Of a stretch of 59,010 bases of DNA, positions 35,335 through 42,881 are shown piece after piece (position 1 is the first letter of the stretch; every line of letters starts with the position of its first letter). The position numbers and the translations under genes were made by a program. The notes below the pieces were generated by a model, which was given only the letters and a program-made list of their open reading frames with translations, had not been told where the DNA came from and made no database searches. This DNA is from an uncultured Mycoplasma sp. (GTDB lineage: Bacteria > Bacillota_I > Bacilli_A > RF39 > UBA660), in assembly GCA_964470055.1 (NCBI GenBank), contig CAYXZZ010000002.1, positions 1 to 59,010 of the forward strand, in the 5' to 3' direction.

Positions 35335-35379
35335 GGATAGCGAAGAGAAGATATGATCGATGAACTTATAAGTCTATCC
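35335..35379 (+). ncRNA. Third copy of the hairpin unit, in the toxin 3' UTR
   Basis: GGATAG-CGAAGAGAAGATATGATCGATGAACTTATAAGT-CTATCC; same length and conserved blocks as 34794-34838, with a compensatory A-T to G-C change in the stem. Confidence 0.5.
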
Positions 35380-35396
35380 AAATAGTCACGTGATAA

Positions 35397-35427
35397 AACC
35401 CAGGAATTAATCCTGGGTTGTTTTTTT
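35397..35427. terminator. Bidirectional terminator between convergent accessory genes
   Basis: AACCCAGGA-ATTAA-TCCTGGGTT, T7 run on the + strand and TTTTA on the - strand. Confidence 0.75.
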
Positions 35428-35881
35428 ATAACCAACTTTTTCTAAAGATATTTATAAAGTCATTTCTAGTACCAATATTAGATTCAAAGTATTTTTGACA
35501 TATGATATACCATCTATGATTAAATAATGCATCATTTTGGTACTTTCTGTGACATTTTTCACAAAGAGGTAATACAAATCCATACCTCATAGAGTTTTGT
35601 CGATTACGACCGGCAAAAACCTCGTGAAGATGGTCTTTTTTATTTTCGCAAAAATAACACTTATCTAAATTATCAGTGAAAACACTAAATCTGCTCTTTT
35701 CTAATTTAGCAAGTTTAGAAGATTTGTTTTTCATTTTGTATTCTTTTTTTTGTTGTAATGATGTAATTTGTTTGTATTCTTTTAATTTACAATTGCTACA
35801 TTTTGATATATGAATTAATTCTTTACTTTTCTTACAATAAATAGTTCTATTCATTTTTTGTTTTAGATGTATACAATTCAT
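35426..35881 (-). CDS. Cys-rich zinc-binding HNH / NinG-like nuclease candidate
   Basis: 151 aa; CxxC pairs plus CYFCENKKDHLHEVFAGRNRQNSMRYGFVLPLCEKCH (HNH-type beta-beta-alpha-metal pattern). Confidence 0.45.
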   Translation of the reverse strand: MNCIHLKQKMNRTIYCKKSKELIHISKCSNCKLKEYKQITSLQQKKEYKMKNKSSKLAKLEKSRFSVFTDNLDKCYFCENKKDHLHEVFAGRNRQNSMRYGFVLPLCEKCHRKYQNDALFNHRWYIICQKYFESNIGTRNDFINIFRKSWL

Positions 35882-35920
35882 AATTTAATACCAGTATTGG
35901 CACATTAATAGTAACTAAAT

Positions 35921-35931
35921 TTTACCTAATA
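35921..35931 (+). promoter_or_regulatory. TTTACCTAATA arm-type site near attR
   Basis: Exact copy of the 11-mer duplicated at attL. Confidence 0.45.
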
Positions 35932-36037
35932 AAAATATAATACTTTTACACAAATGACTATAAATGTATAGAAATCAATGCAAATAAAAACCTTTATATA
36001 TCAATGATTTTAATTGAATAACAAGTGTTTTTTCTTC

Positions 36038-36058
36038 TCCTGTCTTCCCGACCATTTG
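36038..36058 (+). repeat. attR core (TCCTGTCTTCCCGACCATTTG)
   Basis: Exact copy of 255-275; represents the displaced original 3' end of tRNA-Pro. Confidence 0.9.
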
Positions 36059-36064
36059 ATTTTA

Positions 36065-36089
36065 AGCGTTGTATTTAACGCTTTTTTTT
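36065..36089 (+). terminator. Original host terminator of the tRNA operon
   Basis: AGCGTT-GTATTT-AACGCT followed by a T8 run, immediately after attR. Confidence 0.75.
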
Positions 36090-36205
36090 ATAACAAAAGC
36101 CCTCAGATAATCTGGGGTTAAAATGTTTTCTAACATTGATTCTTAAAAATAAAAGCACCTTTTATGTAAAACTATTTTATATTCAAACAAAAAACAGTAA
36201 AATAA

Positions 36206-36973
36206 TTATTCTATTTTAGAGTCAAAGACAAAATGATCATATAATTCAAAAAGTGCACTTTTAACTATCTGAAATGAAGTTCCGTGATCATGCAATTTTC
36301 CTGCTTTGGTGCCATCCTTATAAATTCCACACTTGATATTAACAACAATATCGCCCCTTTCTAACAATTCAACAAATTTATTAAACCCACTATAGATAAG
36401 ATAATTATCATCTAAAAAGCAAGCATACCTTGCCTTACCACTATAAATAGTGTCATAAGTAACAAAACAAAGATAACGCATTTTCCTTTTCATAATTTCA
36501 TCTAACGTAGAAAGATGCCAGTAAGCCTTCTTTTCAATAATTCTCCCGTTAGAATGAGCAATAACAATATAAACTTTATTATCACTCCTATCAACTTCTA
36601 ATTTCATTTTTAAAAAATTTCCCCAATTAGAATATTTTGAACATGACAAAGTTATGAAAAGAACTTTGTTTTTTTGTTTAGATGAAGAATTGGCACCATA
36701 TTTCTGAACAATCCTTTTCATTTCAAAAAATTCAGGACCATCACAGGTACAGCTAAACATAGTAATAGGATAATCAGACGTAATTCTCTTTACCTTAATT
36801 TCAATTCCATTAAAATCAGGAACAGAAAAACTATTATTATTCAAATTCAATTCCTCTTCAAACTTCAGTCCGACTTCACCATATCCTCTTTTAGGAATTC
36901 TAATCCATCGTTTGTTTTTAACTATATCAATTTTACTTTTTAATTCCTGAAAATTAGTTTTTATAAAAATCAC
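36206..36973 (-). CDS. MvaI/BcnI-MutH-like PD-(D/E)xK nuclease, no adjacent methyltransferase
   Basis: 255 aa; G-x-G-E-x-G-L..E..L, then PDFNGIEIK (D53-x4-E58-x-K60; 36794-36820) and C-terminal HDHGTSFQI, the pattern of the MutH/Sau3AI/BcnI clade. Confidence 0.6.
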   Translation of the reverse strand: MIFIKTNFQELKSKIDIVKNKRWIRIPKRGYGEVGLKFEEELNLNNNSFSVPDFNGIEIKVKRITSDYPITMFSCTCDGPEFFEMKRIVQKYGANSSSKQKNKVLFITLSCSKYSNWGNFLKMKLEVDRSDNKVYIVIAHSNGRIIEKKAYWHLSTLDEIMKRKMRYLCFVTYDTIYSGKARYACFLDDNYLIYSGFNKFVELLERGDIVVNIKCGIYKDGTKAGKLHDHGTSFQIVKSALFELYDHFVFDSKIE

Positions 36974-37061
36974 CTCATTATTATTATTCGCGAAAAAAAA
37001 TTTATTTCTTTAAAATATTAATAAAAACAATCTTTTTTAATAAAATTAAATAGGTGAAACT

Positions 37062-38234
37062 ATGTCAAGAAAATATATCCTTTTATTAGTAATAATATTT
37101 ATAATATATATGCCAGTAATAGCTATAGCAAAAGACACATCAAAATCAAGCGTAATAATGGATATGGATACTGGAAGAGTATTATATGAAAAAAATGCAA
37201 ATGAGAAAATGCTTATTGCATCTACAACTAAGATTATGACCGCAATCTTGACTTTAGAAAATGCTGACATAACAGAAGAAATAATTATAGGAAATGAGAT
37301 ATTAACAATGTATGGAACTAACATTTATATAGAAGTTGGAGAGAAAATGAAAATTATTGATTTGCTATATGGACTGCTCCTAAGGAGCGGAAATGATGCC
37401 GCAATTGCTTTAGCAACATATATTGGTGGAACTGAAGAAAACTTTGTAAAAATGATGAATGAGAAAGCCAAACAACTAGGCATGTTAAACACAACTTTTG
37501 AAAATTCTCATGGACTTGACGACGACACAACAAACTACTCAACTGCATATGATATGGCTCTTTTATCCAGCTACGCAAATATGAATAAAACATATCAAGA
37601 AATATCAAACACAACAAAATATACCACATCAACCAAAAATAAGAGTTATCTATGGTACAACAGAAATAAACTTTTAACAACATACGAATATTGTACAGGA
37701 GGAAAAAATGGATACACACCTAGCGCAGGAAGGACACTTGTAACTACAGCCACAAAAGGGACACAAAATATTACTATTGTAACCTTAAATGATCAAAATG
37801 AATATGAAACCCACATAGAATTATACAACTATGCTTTTGCAACTTATAAAAACTACAAAATTATAGATAAAAACAATCTAAAACTAGACAATCAAAATAT
37901 CGTAGGAAATATTTATGTAAAAGAGAATTTCATATATCCGTTAAAAGACTCTGAAAAAGAGAAAATAACTACAGAAATTGTTTTGCTAAACAAAAAAGAA
38001 CAATCAGGAAAAAAAGGTATTATAAAAATAAAACTAGCAGACGAATTAATTGGAAAAGTAAATATATATGAGAAGACAGAAAAAAAAGAAGATGAATCAA
38101 TCTTCTCAAAATTAAAAAATTATATATTAGAAACTCTGAAGAAGTTAATGCTTGGTCGACAGAACAACCTAAATCCAGGCCCATTAGTGCCGATACCACT
38201 TGACACAAAAAGTTCAGTATTTCCAATTTTATAA
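37062..38234 (+). CDS. D-alanyl-D-alanine carboxypeptidase (PBP5-type serine peptidase S11)
   Basis: Signal/anchor helix, SxxK (STTK), SxN (SGN), KTG-like GKNGYT. Confidence 0.88.
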   Translation: MSRKYILLLVIIFIIYMPVIAIAKDTSKSSVIMDMDTGRVLYEKNANEKMLIASTTKIMTAILTLENADITEEIIIGNEILTMYGTNIYIEVGEKMKIIDLLYGLLLRSGNDAAIALATYIGGTEENFVKMMNEKAKQLGMLNTTFENSHGLDDDTTNYSTAYDMALLSSYANMNKTYQEISNTTKYTTSTKNKSYLWYNRNKLLTTYEYCTGGKNGYTPSAGRTLVTTATKGTQNITIVTLNDQNEYETHIELYNYAFATYKNYKIIDKNNLKLDNQNIVGNIYVKENFIYPLKDSEKEKITTEIVLLNKKEQSGKKGIIKIKLADELIGKVNIYEKTEKKEDESIFSKLKNYILETLKKLMLGRQNNLNPGPLVPIPLDTKSSVFPIL

Positions 38235-39037
38235 TAAGCCTGGTCATATTTTTCAGCACCATCAAATTTATACAATGCACCAATATAAGGTATTCTAACA
38301 TTACCATTATGTGAATGACCGGCCAAAAATAAATCTGTAGAATAATTATTCAATACATCATCTATCAAATCAGGTTCATGGGAAATAGTTAACGTAAATA
38401 TTTCAGAATTATGAGTAGAATCAGCAAAATAAGAAAAACTCTCACCGACATCCAAATTTCCGTTCAACTTACTACCGAGCCCCACCAACAAAATAGGCTT
38501 ACTATCATCATTGTATATAAGATCATAACTACTCTCCAAAACATCAAAATTACTTTGCTTCATAACTACAGAAAAAATCTCACCATCCTCTTCACCACCA
38601 ACAGCATATTTACCTAATTTAGCTTCAATTTTTTTCAGTAGTTTAATTAACTTCTCTTGTTCATCAGTCTGCAATTCATAACTAACATCAATTAAATCAC
38701 CAGTAAAAACAACAATATCTGGCTTCCGCGAATTAATTTCTTCCACCAACAATTTAACCTCATCATAAAAAACGGTTGTACCATAATGTAAATCAGAAAA
38801 TTGAATGATTTTCAAACCATTAAAACTATCAGGTAATTTCTCATTCACAATACGCTTTTCTTTCACTTCCAAAACCCGAGTCGACACATAAGTAGTATAA
38901 AAATAAAAAGCCAATACACAAATAACCAACAGAAAAGACATTTTAAAAGCAAAAATTGTAATTTTTTTTCTCTTGTTTCTTCGTTGCTCATTAATAATTT
39001 CTTGTTGTTTATGTTGATTTAATTCTTCACGAGTCAT
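38120..39037 (-). CDS. Membrane-anchored calcineurin-like metallophosphoesterase (YkuE-like)
   Basis: N-terminal TM helix, DLHYG, GDLID, GHSHNG motifs. Confidence 0.85.
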   Translation of the reverse strand: MTREELNQHKQQEIINEQRRNKRKKITIFAFKMSFLLVICVLAFYFYTTYVSTRVLEVKEKRIVNEKLPDSFNGLKIIQFSDLHYGTTVFYDEVKLLVEEINSRKPDIVVFTGDLIDVSYELQTDEQEKLIKLLKKIEAKLGKYAVGGEEDGEIFSVVMKQSNFDVLESSYDLIYNDDSKPILLVGLGSKLNGNLDVGESFSYFADSTHNSEIFTLTISHEPDLIDDVLNNYSTDLFLAGHSHNGNVRIPYIGALYKFDGAEKYDQAYYKIGNTELFVSSGIGTNGPGFRLFCRPSINFFRVSNI

Positions 39038-39157
39038 TCTACTATCACCAATTATATTTTAGCAAAATATCCTTCAATATACTAGTGAGAAAAAACTTGT
39101 TTACAATTTTGATAGTAAAAATATACATTAATATGATAAAATGAAAAGGGTGATAAT

Positions 39158-40555
39158 ATGAAATATGACATAATTATAATAGGCGCTGGACCAGCCGGAT
39201 TATTTGCAGCGTACGAACTTATAAACAAAAATAAAAAATTAAAAATAGCCATACTAGACAAGGGCTTCAAAGTCAAAAATAGAACATGTCCTATGAATAA
39301 AAATGGAATTCCGTGCCAAAATTGTAATCCGTGCGCGATACTTGCAGGATATGGTGGTGCGGGAACTTTCTCAGATGGAAAATTAAACTTTATTCCAAGA
39401 CTTGGCAAGAGTGACTTAACCAAATATATGCCAGAAAGTGTAGCCAACAAATTAATTGATGAAACAGAACAAATATTCAATAAGTTTAAAATGGATGCCG
39501 AAGTATATCCAAGCAACATCGAAGAAGCCAATCAAATAAAGAAAAAAGTTGCTGTAGCAGGTGCTAAGTTATTAGTCATAAAACAAAAACATCTTGGAAG
39601 CGATCACCTTCCAGAATATATAGATGGCATTTGTACTTATTTACTAGAAAACGGAGTAGAACTAATAGAGCGAGCAGATGTTACAGATATCAAAACTATT
39701 GATGAACATAACCATGAAATAACATATTTGACAGGCAAGCAAACTTCTACTTTAAAGGCTGATAAAGTAATTGTAGCACCAGGAAGAACAGGTGCAAAAT
39801 GGATTCAAGAATTAGCCGATAAATATAATATACCATACCTGTCACAAAGTATTGAAATTGGAGTTAGAGTTGAAGTTAGAAAAGAAATTATGCAAGAAAT
39901 AACAGATATAATCTATGATCCAACCATTTTTATTAAAACAAGCACATATGGAGACGAAATCAGAACGTTTTGTACAAACCCAGGCGGCTTTGTCGCCAAA
40001 GAAAATTACTATGGTTTTATTTGTGTAAATGGCCATGCTTTGAAAGATACAAAAAGTAACAATACAAACTTTGCATTTATTTCCAAGGTTAATCTAACAG
40101 AGCCTGTAACTAATACTAGATTATATGGAGAATCAATTGCTCGTATAGCAAATGTTTTAGGTGATGGAAAACCGATTATTCAATCACTGAAAGATTTAAA
40201 GAGTGGTAGAAGAAGCGAATGGCACCGACTAAATAAAGGTTTTATTGAGCCGACTTTAAAAGATTGTGTAGCAGGAGACTTAGCCTTAGTATTACCACAT
40301 AGAATAATCTCAAATATTTTAGAAGGTTTAGAAACATTAGATAAAATAATTCCTGGAGTTGCCAATGATGACACATTACTATATGGTCCAGAAATTAAAT
40401 TTTTCTCTAACGAAATAGAAACAGATAATCATTTTAAATTAGAAAATGACAACATTTATTTCATTGGAGACGGAGCAGGAAAAGCAGGAAACATTGTAAC
40501 CGCAGCCGCAACCGGATTAGTAGCAGCAAGAGACATATTAGAAAAGGAACATTAA
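39158..40555 (+). CDS. FAD-dependent oxidoreductase (COG2509-type)
   Basis: N-terminal IIIGAGPAGLFAA dinucleotide fold, C-terminal GDGAG..G. Confidence 0.8.
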   Translation: MKYDIIIIGAGPAGLFAAYELINKNKKLKIAILDKGFKVKNRTCPMNKNGIPCQNCNPCAILAGYGGAGTFSDGKLNFIPRLGKSDLTKYMPESVANKLIDETEQIFNKFKMDAEVYPSNIEEANQIKKKVAVAGAKLLVIKQKHLGSDHLPEYIDGICTYLLENGVELIERADVTDIKTIDEHNHEITYLTGKQTSTLKADKVIVAPGRTGAKWIQELADKYNIPYLSQSIEIGVRVEVRKEIMQEITDIIYDPTIFIKTSTYGDEIRTFCTNPGGFVAKENYYGFICVNGHALKDTKSNNTNFAFISKVNLTEPVTNTRLYGESIARIANVLGDGKPIIQSLKDLKSGRRSEWHRLNKGFIEPTLKDCVAGDLALVLPHRIISNILEGLETLDKIIPGVANDDTLLYGPEIKFFSNEIETDNHFKLENDNIYFIGDGAGKAGNIVTAAATGLVAARDILEKEH

Positions 40556-40556
40556 A

Positions 40557-41273
40557 ATGAACAACGAAAAAAAAGCAACTATCACCATGATGATAGTAAT
40601 TGTAGGAATACTTTTAATTTTAATCTTTGCCTTAATAATTTCAAAGTCAAAAGATAAAAAAATAACATATACAGAAGAATTATTAAATATAAATTATGAA
40701 ATTGAGGGAAATGAAATGAATTTAGAACAATATGACACTAAAAATCCAGTAGTAGCCATGTATATAGAAAATTATGGCTCAATTGTTATTGAATTATATC
40801 CATCAATAGCAGAAAATACAGTTAATAACTTCATATCACTAGTAAAAAGTGGTTTTTATGACGGAAATACAATTCACAGACTTGTACCAGGTTTTGTTTT
40901 ACAAGGTGGTGACCCAGATGGCCAAGGAACTGGTGGACCAGGCTACCAAATAAAAGGAGAGTTTACTGCCAACGGATATGAAAATAATTTAAAACATGAA
41001 AAAGGCATTGTTTCTATGGCAAGAAGTCAGTCATATGATTCAGCAGGAAGTCAATTCTTCATTATGTTAGGAACTGCTGACTACCTAGATGGACAGTATG
41101 CTGCTTTTGGAAAAGTAATCGATGGTTGGGATAACATTGAAAAAATTGCTAGCCAAGAGAAAATTGCTAACCAAGATTCCGGAAAACTTCAAAATAATTT
41201 AACCATCAAAAAGGCCGTCATTGATTTAAAAGGTCAAACATACAAAGAAGTAGAAAAGGTTACTGCCGAGTAA
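40557..41273 (+). CDS. ppiB: Membrane-anchored cyclophilin-type peptidyl-prolyl isomerase
   Basis: TM helix, then FHRLVPGFVLQGGDP..GTGGPGY and SQFFI cyclophilin signature. Confidence 0.88.
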   Translation: MNNEKKATITMMIVIVGILLILIFALIISKSKDKKITYTEELLNINYEIEGNEMNLEQYDTKNPVVAMYIENYGSIVIELYPSIAENTVNNFISLVKSGFYDGNTIHRLVPGFVLQGGDPDGQGTGGPGYQIKGEFTANGYENNLKHEKGIVSMARSQSYDSAGSQFFIMLGTADYLDGQYAAFGKVIDGWDNIEKIASQEKIANQDSGKLQNNLTIKKAVIDLKGQTYKEVEKVTAE

Positions 41274-41309
41274 TCTTTTTTCATTGCAACAAAAAAAGTA
41301 ATTAAAAAA

Positions 41310-41864
41310 TTACTTTTCGACATACTCAATTCCCTCATCTGGTCTAAGAGACACCTTAATTATTTTCTGAGACGCATCTCCCAATAGCCGATAAGAAACA
41401 CCACAATTATCAAACAATAATTTTGATGCAACATTTTCATCGGTTCCACAATATTTATCAGATAAATAAATAACTTCTGAAATTCCAGATTGAATAATTA
41501 TTTTAGCACATTCATTACACGGAAATAAGTCGACATAAATTCTGGCACCAACTAAATCTCGACGACTGCCGGCATAATTCAAAACCGCGTTAAGTTCTGC
41601 ATGACAGACATATGGATATTTTGTTTCATTACGACACTCTCCATCTCGATTCCAAGGAAAGTCATCATCACTAAAATTATTGGGAGTCCCATTATATCCA
41701 ATAGACAAAATTCTATTTTCTCTACTAACTATGCACGCTCCAACTTGTGTAGAAGGATCTTTACTTCTTCCGGCCGACAACTTCGCAACTCCCATAAAAA
41801 ACTCATCCCAGCTCAAATAACCTGCTCGTTTATTTCCTAAAATATTTTTCTTTAACTCTGCCAT
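41310..41864 (-). CDS. comEB: dCMP deaminase (ComEB family)
   Basis: CHAELNA and PCNECAK zinc-binding motifs. Confidence 0.85.
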   Translation of the reverse strand: MAELKKNILGNKRAGYLSWDEFFMGVAKLSAGRSKDPSTQVGACIVSRENRILSIGYNGTPNNFSDDDFPWNRDGECRNETKYPYVCHAELNAVLNYAGSRRDLVGARIYVDLFPCNECAKIIIQSGISEVIYLSDKYCGTDENVASKLLFDNCGVSYRLLGDASQKIIKVSLRPDEGIEYVEK

Positions 41865-42023
41865 AAATACCTCCTAATATGATTCTAACATAAAAAAGTA
41901 AAATAATCTGAAAAACTTAGAAGAATTAATCAAATTAATATGATATAATAAAAAAGTAGAATAGTAGTCCCAAAGCACAGCGGTTTACTAAACAAAGAAA
42001 AGTATTCAGATAAGGAGATAATT

Positions 42024-42302
42024 ATGCAGAAACAATTACTTCCGATAGGAACAATAGTGTTATTAAAAAACGGCTTAAAAAGAATCATGATTATTGGTTA
42101 TATTCCTACCGAACTAGAAATAAAAGACAGTAAAATATACGACTACAGCGGAGTACCTTATCCAGAAGGTTTAGTAGACTCCAGACGAATTTTACTATTC
42201 AATCATGAACAAATCGATAAAATATTCTATCACGGATATAAAGATGAAGAACACAAAACATTCATAGAAAAAATTTCAGAAGTCAAGGATACTTTAAAAT
42301 AA
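42024..42302 (+). CDS. DUF4176-family protein
   Basis: LLPIGTIVLLKNG.KRIMIIGY...YDYSGVPYPEG......FNHEQIDKI..GY pattern; the family is commonly linked to type VIIb secretion loci. Confidence 0.65.
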   Translation: MQKQLLPIGTIVLLKNGLKRIMIIGYIPTELEIKDSKIYDYSGVPYPEGLVDSRRILLFNHEQIDKIFYHGYKDEEHKTFIEKISEVKDTLK

Positions 42303-42319
42303 AAAAGTAGGAGGTATAT

Positions 42320-42871
42320 ATGAATACATACGGGAAAGACAATTTACCAAAATTAGATCAACCAACAGATAAAAAATACTATTTTAATTCAACACAAACA
42401 TACAAAGCCGCTGATGTCACTCCAACGGAAACAACAGTAAAAAATGAGTTTAACACATTAAAAAGCGACATCGAAACAGCACTTACAAATTTTAACAAGC
42501 ACCTAGAGCAACTAGAAAGCAGTTTCGGTACAAAATTTATTGCTATAAACAACCAGCCTCTAGGATTCGTTGATATAGAGGCTTTTAATACATTGACAAA
42601 AACAATAACAACGTCTCTTGAAAGTAGCGAAGAAAATATAAATACCTTTTTTTCAACGTGCCAAACAAAAACAGAAGAAATAAACAATTGGTTAACAGAA
42701 CTTAACACAAACTATAACATTCTCAAACAATATGAAAAACTATACTACCATTGTGTAAATAGTGATAATGAAGAATATCAAGCCCAAGCCTCAACATATA
42801 GAAATTTAATGAGTGAGTATGAACAATTACCAGGTGACCCACTTAACTATGGTGATTGGATAAAGGAATAG
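42320..42871 (+). CDS. Helical hypothetical protein
   Basis: 183 aa, no signal peptide, AGGAGG RBS; between the DUF4176 and glucosaminidase genes. Confidence 0.5.
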   Translation: MNTYGKDNLPKLDQPTDKKYYFNSTQTYKAADVTPTETTVKNEFNTLKSDIETALTNFNKHLEQLESSFGTKFIAINNQPLGFVDIEAFNTLTKTITTSLESSEENINTFFSTCQTKTEEINNWLTELNTNYNILKQYEKLYYHCVNSDNEEYQAQASTYRNLMSEYEQLPGDPLNYGDWIKE

Positions 42872-42881
42872 GAGGTTCATT

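Larger units (their letters stand above)
255..36058. mobile_element. Integrated temperate phage (~35.8 kb) in tRNA-Pro
   Basis: 21-bp direct repeat at both ends; integrase next to attL; complete immunity, replication, packaging, head, structural and lysis modules in between; host-type genes resume after attR. Confidence 0.92.

Noticed and set aside
39082-39531. 149-aa minus-strand ORF
   Set aside because: Overlaps the start of the well-supported FAD oxidoreductase gene and its promoter; no RBS and no motif.
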